Part shown: positions 9,276-21,000 of the stretch, one piece after another
How the letters are laid out: each line of letters starts with the position of its first letter
Numbering within the stretch: position 1 is the stretch's first letter
Source: an uncultured delta proteobacterium
GTDB lineage: Bacteria; Myxococcota_A; Polyangia; Polyangiales; JAFGIB01
NCBI GenBank assembly: GCA_963778655.1
Contig: CAVZVA010000002.1
Coordinates: 320,001 to 384,000, forward strand
Reading direction: 5' to 3'
Length of the DNA stretch: 64,000 nucleotides
Made by a program: the position numbers and the translations under genes
The notes under the pieces: generated by a model
The model's input: the letters and a program-made list of their open reading frames with translations, nothing else
The model's database searches: none
Told to the model about the DNA's origin: nothing

Positions 9276-12011
9276 TCACTGCAGGTCGGCTGGGCAGGTG
9301 GTCGAGCTGCCGTCGCAGCTTTCGGCCACGTCACAGGTACCGGTGGAGGCCCGGCAGGTGTGGCTGGAGCTGACCGGGGCGCAGGTGCCGTCGGTCGGCG
9401 CGCCCGCGGTGGTGCTGCAGGCTTGGCAGTCGCCGGTTCCACCAGCGCACGCGTTGTTGCAGCACACCCCGTCCACGCAGAAGCCGCTCACGCATTGCTG
9501 ATTGGTCGTACAGCTCAAGCCGTTGCCCAACGGGGTGACACAGACCAGGTTGTCGGACCCCGTCTGGTAGGCCGCATAGACCTCCGCGCCGCTCAACGCC
9601 TTGTCGTAGATGCGGACGTCATAGATGGTGCCGCCCAGCTCCGGGTCTGTGCTGAACTGCGACTTTCCGATCCAGTCGTTCACGTCCGAAATCGAGCTGA
9701 GGTGGTCATTGGTATTCAGCGTCGCCGAGCCAATCAACGCGCCGTTGATGTAGAGCGAAATGGCGTTGTTGCTGTCGTCGAATACGCTGACGACCTGGAC
9801 CACGCTTCCGGTCGCGAGCGCCGAGGACGAGGTTACGCCCACCTTGCTCCCGCCCGAGCGCAGGTACTCCGTCCTCACCCCGCTGCCGTTGCTGGGCGTG
9901 GCGAACAGGTAGCTGATGCCGGTGCCCTGGGTGCCCTCGGACTTGTCCGAGGTACCGAAGTCGAAGATGCGCTGCCAAGCCGAGCCGCCCGACCAGCTCA
10001 GCCAGACCTCGACCGTCACGTTGGTCAAGCCGCTGATCAGCCCGTTCGGTAGATCCACGAATTGGTTGCTCGTTCCTCCGGAGAGTGACACGGCGCCGCT
10101 GCCGTTGAGGCTGGCGTTGGTGACCGTGCCGTTGGAGCTGCCCGTGCTATCGGTCGCGGTCGTGCTCCCGCTCGATCCGCTGAAGTCCCAGCGGTGAACC
10201 AGCGACGAATCGAGCGAGCCGGCCTGGCACAAGTTGCTGGCGCAGTCGCTGTCGGTGGAGCATCCGCTGGCGTCCTTGAGCTTGCACACGTTCGCGCCGT
10301 CGCACGCACCGGCCTTCTTCGTGATCATGAGGTTGTCGATGTAGGCGGTCGAGGTCGCGCTCGCGGCGTCGCGCTCGGTCACCACGTCCCACTTGTTGAT
10401 CGCGCTCCCGGTACGCGGCACGGCGAAGCGCCGGTGGTACCAGGTGTGGTACGCCTTGCTCGAGATGTCCGTCGCGGGATGGAAGCCCAGACCGTTCTGG
10501 TCGAGCATGGCGAGATCGCGCCAATACCCCATGCTGTCGGAGACGTCGAGACCGCCAATGCCGTCGGCGTTGTCCTCCAGATACACGTCGTACTCGAGGT
10601 AGTCGCCCTGGACCGGGGTGTACCCGGTGGTGGTGAGCTTCCAGTACGTGTACCTGCCGACCCCCGAAGAGCTCGAGGTGGTCACGAACTTCGCGGCGTC
10701 CGAGCCCCAACCGCCCGGGACCGTGCTGGCTGTCGCCAGGCTGGCGTCCTGGCTGGTCCAATCGCCGGCGCCGGAATTGAAATCGAGGCTGTTGGTGATG
10801 CCGCCGCCCGACCAGATCGTGGTCGCCGACGTCGGGTAGGCGCAGTCGGTGCCTTTGGCCGCGTAGCCGTCCGTCGGACAGCTCGCCGAGACCCCGTCGC
10901 AGACCTCGGCGGCGTCGCATTCGCCCGTGCGCGTCCGGCACACCGCACCCGCATTGCCGGGCGCGCTGGAGCAGCTTCCGGCGGAGCACGAGTCCACCGT
11001 GCACGCGTTCGAGTCGTCGCAGCTCACCACGTTGGCGCAGGTGGTACCGCAGCTGGTGACCGATGTGGTGTCCGTCTCGCAGCCGTTCGCCCCGTTTCCG
11101 TCGCAGTCGAGCAACCCCGCGCCGCAGGCGACGCACGACCCCGCCGAGCAGGTCTGGCCCCCGCCGCAGGTTATGCCGCAACCGCCGCAGTTTGTGTCGC
11201 TGGTCAGCAACGCCTCGCAACCATCGCTTCCGCCGTTGCAGTCGGCGTAGCCGCTGTCGCAGGTGAGAGTCAGCGCGAGGGTAACATTCGAGAGAGCCGG
11301 AGAGAGGTTCAACGAATACACGCTCGAGGACTCGCTGCCATAGCTGCCGGCGATCGTGAACGAGCCTGTGCCCAACGCCGACTGGATGTCGCCCAGAGCG
11401 GTGGCGTTGAGGGCGACGCTCACCGGATTGGCGTTTCCCGCCGAGGTGCCGTAGCTCGTGCCGCTCGACAGGTTGTTGAAGGTCGTCGAATTCACAGAGC
11501 TGGACGGGTCCCCGTTGTATTTCCGGAACGTGATCGTGTTGGTCGAGCCGGAGGTACCGCCACCCGTGGTCGAAAACGTGGCTGCAGACGGCGCGCTCGC
11601 GCTGGCGTGCTGGATCCCGCTCAGATTGAAGATGAAGTAGTCGCGGAAAACGTTTGTTCCAAAGCAACCGCCACCTTCTCCGCCGACCTCGACATTTCCC
11701 CCGTTGTTTTGATAGGAGGTGCCGCAGAAGCCGTTGATTGCCTTCTCGATGTTTCCGACCTTCGTCGCGGTCACGGTCACCGACCCGCTCAACGGATTGG
11801 CCGACACCGCCACCTTCTCGGCCGGTACCTGCGGCGCGTTCGCCGCCGTGCCGCACGCGCCGAGGCACAAGGCCGCGGCACCAGCGAGAGCGAGTAGGCA
11901 GAGCCACGCGGCAGGCACCCACGGAGCCGTCCCAGCGGGCCAGGCCGTCCCGGGCCGAGCTCGACGGCCGCCCGCGCCGCGCGGGGCACGATGTTGATCC
12001 GTACGCCTCAT
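9276..12011 (-). CDS. Surface lipoprotein: DNRLRE-like domain, Cys-rich repeats, CBM-like beta-sandwich and LamG domain
   Basis: ATGA overlap with the giant gene's stop and lipobox LGAC. LamG signatures 'LVHRWDFSG', 'WQRIFDFG', 'WIGKSQFSTDPELGGTIYDVRIYDKALS'. Confidence 0.85.
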   Translation of the reverse strand: MRRTDQHRAPRGAGGRRARPGTAWPAGTAPWVPAAWLCLLALAGAAALCLGACGTAANAPQVPAEKVAVSANPLSGSVTVTATKVGNIEKAINGFCGTSYQNNGGNVEVGGEGGGCFGTNVFRDYFIFNLSGIQHASASAPSAATFSTTGGGTSGSTNTITFRKYNGDPSSSVNSTTFNNLSSGTSYGTSAGNANPVSVALNATALGDIQSALGTGSFTIAGSYGSESSSVYSLNLSPALSNVTLALTLTCDSGYADCNGGSDGCEALLTSDTNCGGCGITCGGGQTCSAGSCVACGAGLLDCDGNGANGCETDTTSVTSCGTTCANVVSCDDSNACTVDSCSAGSCSSAPGNAGAVCRTRTGECDAAEVCDGVSASCPTDGYAAKGTDCAYPTSATTIWSGGGITNSLDFNSGAGDWTSQDASLATASTVPGGWGSDAAKFVTTSSSSGVGRYTYWKLTTTGYTPVQGDYLEYDVYLEDNADGIGGLDVSDSMGYWRDLAMLDQNGLGFHPATDISSKAYHTWYHRRFAVPRTGSAINKWDVVTERDAASATSTAYIDNLMITKKAGACDGANVCKLKDASGCSTDSDCASNLCQAGSLDSSLVHRWDFSGSSGSTTATDSTGSSNGTVTNASLNGSGAVSLSGGTSNQFVDLPNGLISGLTNVTVEVWLSWSGGSAWQRIFDFGTSDKSEGTQGTGISYLFATPSNGSGVRTEYLRSGGSKVGVTSSSALATGSVVQVVSVFDDSNNAISLYINGALIGSATLNTNDHLSSISDVNDWIGKSQFSTDPELGGTIYDVRIYDKALSGAEVYAAYQTGSDNLVCVTPLGNGLSCTTNQQCVSGFCVDGVCCNNACAGGTGDCQACSTTAGAPTDGTCAPVSSSHTCRASTGTCDVAESCDGSSTTCPADLQ

Positions 12012-15000
12012 AGGTTGCCTCGGCAGACGTACTCCAGGAACCAATCGTAGAGCGTCGGGCTGGCGCTGCCGTCCGAGTTGGCGTTGAGCGTCACCTTCAT
12101 CTTGACGTATGGCTTGCCGTTCTGACCCTGCATCAGATTACCGCCGATGTCGGCCGGCGGGGTGGTGTACTGGCACTGGTTGGCGCTGGTCTTGCAGTAC
12201 GACGCGACGATGTCGCCGTTGAGGCTCCCGTTCGGGCACTGAGCGTCCGCCGTACAGAAGCCGCTCAGCTTCGGCGGAGAGATGAACTGACACTGGCCGC
12301 CCGCACCACAGAAGCCGTCGGTGAGCGCTCCGTTGACGGTGATGTTCTTGCAGTCGGCATTGGTGGCGCACGCTCCGGTCGCCGAGGTCACCGTCGCGAC
12401 GTGCGAGTAGGTACAGCTGGACAAGTCGCCCGGCGTGTCGCCGGTGCAGACGTCGAACCCGATGCTGGTGCCGGGCGGGATGTCCGCCTTGAAGAACAGA
12501 TCGGTCCAGTCCTGGGTCTCGTTCGTCGTGCAGTCCGGATCGAGCAGGTCGGCCTTGCCGTCCTTGTCGTTGTCCACGGTGTCCAGGCAGCTGCCCGGGT
12601 TGCAGCCCGGATCGTCGGCGTCGATGGTGCCGTCTCCGTTGTTGTCGACGCCGTCGGTACAGCTGTCGGGCGCGGTGCCTTCGCCCTCGATCTGGTAGTA
12701 GTTGCAGCCCGCCCCATACACCTGCTGCTCGTAGGTGCCGGAGGTCATATACGTGCCTGCGCCGACGCTCGGGGGCGGCGGACCCATCTTGTCGGTGGGG
12801 ATGATATAGACCGGGATCTCGTCGAGCAGGTACTGGTGGTTGCCGACGATCTGCAGCTTGAAATGGTAGCCGCCGTTGGGATCAGCCGTGTTCGGAGGCA
12901 CCGCATTCGGATCGAGCGGGTTGGTGAACTGCACGAAGAACTGCGGTGTGGCGCCCGGCGCGCACTGGGCGACCGTGTTCTTGGGCGCCGGACTGGTGTC
13001 GCTGCAGCCCTGCGAGAAGCTCTGGCACTGCGCCTGGTTGGGATCAGCCGAGTTCGTGCACTTCTGAATGGTGATGGTGAAGCCCGGGTTGTTCACCACC
13101 GAGAGCGTGATGTCCATGGCCAGGTAGTTCGCCAGATCGCGCACGGCCATGCTCAGCCCGGAGCCGATCCCGGTGCCGTTGGAGTTGATGTAGCGCAGCA
13201 AACCCTGGCCGTTGGTCGCATCGATGGCGCCGCTGGCCTGCGAGATCACCTTGAGCTGGGTGGCGGCGCCGTCGCAGCGGCCGCCGTTGCTGCCGGCCGC
13301 GCAGGACAGCACCGGCAGCACCTTGGTGCCGGTCTGGAGCAGGGCGTCGTGCACCTGCGGCCAATCCGGCGGCACGTACTTCGGCGAGGTCCCGTGGGCC
13401 GGGTCGCCGACCTGCAGCTCGTAGAAGCCCTTCTCGTTGGCTTTGCGGCCCTTGACCGTGAGGTAGTAGTTGTCGGCCGCGAGCGACTGGGTGAAGCTGT
13501 TCGTCGTCAGCTCGGAGCTGCGGCAGGCCTGGCTGCCGGCCGGATCGGTGCCGGCGCACTTGCTGCTGGTGCACTTGCCCGAGCAGCACTGCCCGTTGCT
13601 GCCGCAGCTGTCGCCGAGCGGGCGGCAGCTGTTGTACGGCGGCACGTTGGGACAGATGGTCTGGCAGCTCAGCAGTTGCCCGCCGCCGCTCTGCAGGCCC
13701 AGCTCGTCATAGAGCTTGAGGTTGTAGCTGCCCTGCTCGCCCCGGGCGTCGCCCTTGAGCAGCACGGTGTAGTCGACCCCAGCCTTCACGTCGGCCTCGA
13801 TGCGATCGCTCGCGCCGGGATCCGCACAGGCGATGCGGTTGTCGGGATTGGCGGTCACGTCGCGGACGTTGAGCTGATAGGTTCCGCTCTGGCCCGGCCC
13901 GTCGCCCTTGACCACGACGTAGTGCGTGCCCGGCTGCAGGTCGGCTTCGATTACCGAGGTGCCGTTCGGACCGCTGTCCTTGTCGCAGGCGAGCCGGTTG
14001 TAGTCGAGGAAGGGATCGACGTCCTTGACCTGCAGCTCGTAGGGACCGTTGGTGCTGGCGGCACCCGTGACAACGGCGTAGTAGTCGCCGGCCGGGTACG
14101 TTGCATCGATGCTGCTGCCCGCAGCCGCGCAGGCGATCGGCGTGCTGCCGGCCGCGGCCTGGTTGCTGATCAGATCGTCGACGCTCAGCTCGTAGGGTCC
14201 CTCATCGCCCGTGTCGTTGCCCTTGACCACCACGTAGTAGTCCTGGCCACCGGTCACGGGAATGCCCGAGCCGCCGCCGTCGAGCGTGCTGAGCGCGCAC
14301 CCGATCTCCATGCCGCTCTCCTGGCTCGAGGCGACCAGATCCTTGAAGGTGATGCTGTAGGGTCCGCCCGAGCCGCCGCTGCCGATCGCGTCGGTATCGC
14401 TCAGCACGGCGACGTAGTCGCCCGCGGGCAGGGTCTGGGTGATGGTCGCGCCGCTCCCCGCGTCCGCGCAGGTGATTGCCTGGGTTGCGCTGTTGTCACG
14501 GATCGACAGGTTGAACGGTAGGCTGCTCTGGCCCCAGGCCGCGGTCGCGCCCTTGACCACCGCGTAGTAGGTGCCCGGGGCGAGCGTCGCGGAGATCTTC
14601 GAATCGGTGCCGCCGCCGCCATTGTCGTCACAGCCGATGGTCTGGGCGAACGCATCCTTGGCGTAGTTGGTGCCGAAGACCGTGGCGTTGCCCGGATAGA
14701 GCGCCAAGACGGTGTCGAGCGCCGAGCCGGTGGTGTCCACCGTGACGTCGCTCTGCTGGGTCACGTTGAACTTGAAGAACGCGTCGGGCGACATCGAGTC
14801 GGCTCCGCAGCCCATGTTGGACGAGGTGCCGTCCACGCTCTCCACGTTCAACGTGTAGTTGCCCTTGGCGCTGGACGACCCGTCGCCCTTCACGATCACG
14901 TAGTACGGCGTGTTGGCCGCCACCGTGTAGTCGATGGTGTCGTTGGCGGTGTCGCAGGCCACCTTGGTCGCGGCCGAGGTGCTCGCGGAAAGATCCTCGA

Positions 15001-18000
15001 AGCTCAGGTCGTAGGGCCCGCCGGTGCCGTCGTCCGACACCACCAGCTTGTAGTCGCCCGCAGGCAGCGTCTGCGTGATGGTCGGCGCGCTGGCCGGGGC
15101 GCATGCGATGTTGGCGTTGGCGTTCTGATCCTTGATCGAGAGGTCGAACGGCTTGCTGGCGTCGCCCCAGGCCGCGCCGGTTCCGACCTTGCCCTTGACC
15201 TCCACGTAGTAGTCACCCGCGGGCAGCATGCTGCTGATGCGAGAAGACCCGGGGCTGCCGCCGGCAAACGGGCCGCTATCGTCGTCGCAAGGGACCGGAT
15301 TTCCGTTCACGTCGTGCGCGTAGTTCGTGCCAAAGTACGACACGCCCACGTTGTACAGCGCGATCACCGTGTCGAGCACCGACTTGTCGGTGTCGATGGT
15401 GACCTGCGTCGGGGCCGACAGGCTGAACCTGTAGAATGCGTCCGGCGACTGAGGATCGGCGTTGCAGCCCATCCCGGTCGTCGCCTGCATATTCTCGACC
15501 GTGAGCTTGTACGGGCCCTGGCCCGATGCGCCGGACGTGTCGCCCTTGACCACGACATAGTAGGGGTTACCGGCAGTGACGTTCTGATAGATGGTGTCGG
15601 TCGCGGTGTCGCAAGCGATCTGCGTCGCGGCGTTGGCGAAGGGTGCGTAGTCGCGCATGCGTAGGCTGTAGTCCCCGTCGGTCGGGCTGAAGCTGCTCGA
15701 GCCCTTGAGCGCAACCCAGTAAGTGCCAGGTTGCAGCACCTGATGGATACGCGCCTGACCGGTCGCCACGTCGGTGGTCGCGGCGCAGTAGCTCGAGGGC
15801 ACCCCGCCGTCGTCGCGCACCGAGATGTTGAACGGCAGCTTGTTGTCGGGGGCCCCGGCACGGGCGCGCACCACCACGTAGTACGTACCCGGGTTGAGAT
15901 GGACGCCGCCGATCAGCGAGCTTCCGCCCACGCCGCTGCTCGAGTCGCACGCGACCATGTCATCGGGCTTTCCGTCACAGGAAGCGACCGGGTTGCACGC
16001 CCCGGTCGGCTGTCCGGCGTTGACCGGGTTGCAGCAGACCTGGGTCGCGTTGTTGCGCACATCCGTGCCGAAGCTCGCCGTCGACGGGAACAGCGCCAGC
16101 ACGGTCTGCAGCGACGAGCCCTGGCTGTCGATGGTCACGGTGCTGCCGCCGGCGGCAGTGACGTCGAAGCTGTAGAACGCATCGCCCGAGGTGGTGTCGT
16201 CCCCACAACCGAACGACGGCACACCCGACAGATCCTGAATGGTCAGGCCGTAGTCCCCCTCGTCACCGACGTTCTTGCCCTTGACCACCACGTAGTAAGA
16301 CTCGTTGGCGTTGACGCTGGCGTCGATCTGCGAGGTATTGCAGGCGATCTCGGGAGCGCCGCTGACGGCGACGCTGGCGCTGTCCTTGACCGTCAGCCTG
16401 TAGCTCAAGTCGGTCGAGCTGTTGGTCTTGGTGGGAATGATGCCGGCATAGTAGGTGCCGGCGCCGAGCGGCGGCGTGGTCAGGGTGGCGCCGGTCGAAA
16501 TCGGGCCGTCGGCGCACGCCAGCGAGCCGAGCGCCGACAGGTCTTGCAACACCAGCTTGAAGGGCCGCTGGGCGTTGCCGCCTGCCAGGTTGTTGCCGCG
16601 GAAGACAACGTAGTACGTGCCGGAGCTCAGGTTGCAGGTCTCGGCCGTCGAAATCGACGAGCACGGGCAGCTGCCCACGGCCGCGCCCGAGTTGTCGAAG
16701 ACCTGGAACGCTCCGGTCAAGCTCGAGCCGGACATGTCGATGCGCACATCACGCGGTCCACTGGTGAGGGTGAACGCCGCGTAGCCGTCCGGAGCACTCA
16801 GGTCGGTCGGACAGGCCGCGTCGATCGCCTGCACGCCGCTGACGTCGGTGACGCTCAGCGTGAAGGTGCCTTGATTGGGCGGCCCGTCGCCCTTGACCAC
16901 CGCGTAGTAGTCGGTGTTCGCCGCCAGCGTGTGCGTCATCGCCATGCCGGTCGTGCACTCGATCACCGGAGCCGCAACCGCCCCGCTCTGGTCCTGATCG
17001 TTGAGCTGCAGCGCGTAGACGCCGTCGGGGCTGCCCTGCTGATCGGACACCGCCACGTAGTAATGGCCTGCCTTGAGCTGACCGGAGGCGTTGAGCGCGG
17101 CCGCCGGCAGCGAGCTCGACTGCAGCACGGCAGGAGTAACCGAGGTGCCGTCGGCACACGCGATCGACCCCACGGCGTCGAGGTCACGGAGCGAAATGTC
17201 GGGCGACCCCTCGGCGGCCCCGCCAGCCACGGATAGGCCCTTCACCACCAGGAAGTACTTTCCGGCCGTGGTCAGCGTGTAGGTCTGGCTGCTGGCCGAA
17301 CAGCCCAGAATCGCGTCGTCCGGCGTGAAGCTGCCGTCGTCGCGGTAGAGCTGGAACGCCCCGCTGAAGCCGGTCAGCGAGACCTGCACGCGCTTGGGTA
17401 CGCTGCTCACCGTGAACTCGTAATAGTCGTCGGGAGCGGCCAGGTCCGCTCCGCAGCCGATGTCGGTGCGCGTGTCGTAGGACGAGGCCGTGGGGTCGAG
17501 CGCGCCGATGTCGGTGACGGTCAGGCCGTAGGCGCCCTTCTCGCTTGGGCTCGCGCCCTTGACCAGCACGTAGTAGTCGTGGTTCGCGCTGACGTTGAGG
17601 TCCAGCGTCTTGCCGTTCGCGCAGGCCGCCTCGGTTCCGCCCGATTGACTGTAGGCCGCGTCGCGGACCGAGAGCTGGTAGGTCGACGCGGACGGACCGC
17701 TCTGCGGCTTCAAGCCGACGTAGTACGTTCCGGCCGTGAGCGACTTGGTCAGCGTGGTGCCGGCGGTGGCCAGGCCATCGCTGCAGTCGGCCGCGCGCTG
17801 CACGTCGTCGTCGCGGACCGAAAGCTGGAACGGCTGCTCGGCCGCGGCGCCGGCCGCGCTGGTGCCGCGGATCTTGACATAGTAGTTGCCCGGCGTGAGC
17901 TGGCTGCCGAAGGTGGTGGCACCGGTAGTCGCAGCGCACCCGATCTTGGTGTCGGGGCTCGCCCCATTGTCCTGCCACAGCTCGTACACGCCATCGAGCG

Positions 18001-21000
18001 TCGAGCCGTTCATGTCCAGGGTGACGTCCTTGTTGCTGCCGGAGACGCTGAACGCCTCGTACACGTCCGGCGCGCCTGGAGCCGCGGTCTTGCCCGCGCA
18101 GCTCATGCTGGGGACCGCGCTGGTATCGGCGACGTCCAACGAGTAGCCGCCGCTGTCGCCGCTGCCGTCGCCCTTGACCATCACGTAGTAGTTGCGGCCG
18201 CCCTGCAGGGTAGCATCGAACGAGGCCGTACCGCCCGAGGACGCGGTGGCGCACGCAACCTGCGCTGCGGACACCGGCAGCGCCTTGTTGTCGCGGAAGT
18301 TCACCTGGTACGCGCCCGTGTAGGTCTGCGGCGAGGCGCCGCCGCGGCCGCCCTTCCAGCCGACGTAGTAGGTGCCACCCGGATCGAGCGTGGCCACGAT
18401 CTTGGCGTAGCCGGGCGCCGCGTTGGTGCCGTCGCTGCAAGCGATCGCGGCGGGCTCGGTGTTCTGCACCCCGTTGTCGTCGCGCACGCCCAGGATCACG
18501 TTGCCGGTGGAGGAGCCTCCTGCGGGCTGCTTGACCCGCACGTAATAGGTGGTGTTGGGATAGACCGGCGTGGTGGTGATCGAGGCGTACCCGGAAACCT
18601 CGTCCGCACAGGTAAGGTACTCGCTTGATTGATAGGTGTTGTCGCCGTTGGTGTCCTTGTACAGCGCGATCGCTGTGTCGGCCGTGCTGTTCTGGGTCTC
18701 GATGGTGTAGCTCTCGCCGCCGGCCGCGACGGTGGACGCCGTGGTAAACGCGTACCACACGTCCTTGCCGCCGTAGCGATCCTCGTTGCAGCCGGGCCAG
18801 TCCACCGGATCGCGCCAGGTGAGCTCGAGGTTGTAGGTGCCGTTGACGATCGGGCTCCCGCCGCTCTTGACTACCAGGTAGTACGTGGTCCCGGCGGTCA
18901 CCTGCAGATCGGTGATGGTCGTCGTGCCGGTGGCCGCGTCGCTGTCGGTCTGGCCCTGCTGGCCGGGCAGACTGGTGTCGCTGTCGTTGTCGGTGACGCA
19001 GGCCAGCGCGCTGCAGCCGTGGAAGTAACCGGTGGCGAAGAACTTATCGTAGACCGCCACGATCGGGCTCGAGATCGGCGTGCCACCGCTGCCCGCAACC
19101 TTGACGCGCATGGCGCCGCTCTGCGAGGGCGTGAAGGTGTAGACGGTGTCGGCGCCGCCGTCCGTGCCGCACACGTTCTCGTTGTGGTTCGAGACGCGGG
19201 CGCCGTTGTTGCCGTCGATCGTGATCCTCGCGTTGCTCGGGTCCGGGAGGTTGATCGGGCTCGAGGCACTCTCGCCGAAGCCGGAGTACATGGACTCGCT
19301 CCGCGCGTTGAGCGTAGCCCAGCTGGCGGTCATGCTGCTGAGGTCGGTGACCTTCAGCGTCCAGTCGTTGTCGATGGCGGAAAACGGGCCGGGGCTGCTG
19401 CCGGTGAGCGCAGCCGCCGAGCTGTCTGCCGTATAGATCGGCGACGAAATGATGTTCTTGACGACGTAGCCCTGGCCGCCACCGCCGCCACCGCCGCCGC
19501 CGCCGCGCTTGGGGCTGGGCGGAACCTCGGAGCCGATCGTGATGAAGGTCGAGCTCGACTTCTGGTTGTTGTACTCGGCCTGCCCCCAGGCGTCCGAGCG
19601 CAGGCTGGTCGAGACGTGGATCTCGTCCATCGAGCCTGCGAAGCAAATGGGGTACCCATAGCTCCCACAACCGCCCGCCCACTTGCCGAACAGCAGCGAA
19701 CCGCTCGTGCTCTCGCTCGAGGTGTTGCCGCTGTAGATGCGTGTGAACGCCGAGCCGTTGACGCTGAACTCCACGTAGCCACCGCTGCTGGCAGCGTGCA
19801 CACGCTCCACCACGTGAGCCCAGCTGCCGTTCGGAACGTAGATGCGCGGTGAACCGTAGGTGAACCCACCGTTGATGTAGATTCCAAGCGCGCCGCTGGC
19901 GCCCACGGCCATCTCCGCGCCCGGCGGCTGAAGGTATCCGCTCGGGGCTGCGTCGATCGGCTCCATCGGTCCATTGTCCGAAGGGCTCCCGGTGTTCAGG
20001 TTCAACCACAGGCTGAAGGTGCTCTCGCTGCTCCCGTAGTTGGACGTCTGGACAAAGTCGCCGCTGCTGAAGACCTGGTCGCCACCGATCTGACCTGTGC
20101 CGTTCGAGGTGTTGTGCAACGTGCCGTTGTGGCTATTCGAGGTCGAATCGCCGCCGTCGGTCATGTGCCAAACGCCGTAGTACGAGGAGTCCCACACCCC
20201 ATGCTTGTTACTGCGGTCCGCGCCGCCGTCCCCGTAGCGCAGATAGATCACGGTGTCGGTGCCGCTGGCCAGGCTCGGAATGCGTACCCACGCGACCAGC
20301 GTGCCCGTGCTCGAGTCGTAGCTCTCGCGCTCGTAGTCGAGCTGCGTGACCTGGTCGGACGCCACGAAGTAGATGTCGCTGCCGTTGGCGAGCGCATGGG
20401 TCTTGAGGTCGTTGTCGTTGGTGATCTTGACCATTACCGGGAAGTTGGTCAGCGCCGAAGGCACCTGGGATCCATTGATCGTGATCTGCTTCTGGTAGCT
20501 GCCCGAGGTGTAGGAGCCGCCGGCGCCGCCCGAGCTGGCCGCGCCGCCGGTCGCGCCGCCCTTGCCGCCCGCGCCGCCACCGTTGACGCCGGTGCCGCCA
20601 TTGGCCTGCGTGCTCGAGCGCTGGCCGTCTTGGCCGCTGGTGGCGCCGCTACCGTCGGTTTGGTTGCCCGCGCCGCCGCCGCCGCCGTTGGTGTAGCTGA
20701 CCGCAGTGAACGCGACGTTCTCGGTGATGGTCATGCCCTCGAGCAGGACCGCGCCGCCCGAGCCGCCGCCGCCGCCGCCGTCTTCCTCGCTGCTGCCGTG
20801 CTGGCCCGCGCCGCCAGCCGCGGTGAGGACGATGCCACTGTTGAGCGTCACCCCGTTGACCGCCGAGATCTGGAAGGCGCCGCCGCCGGCGCCGCCCGTG
20901 CTGCCGGTGGTGGCGCCGTCGCCGCCCTTGCAGCCGCCGCGCAGCGGCTGGAGGCTCGCAGCCGCCGAGCTGGTGTCGGCCGTGCTGGACGCGCCGCCGA

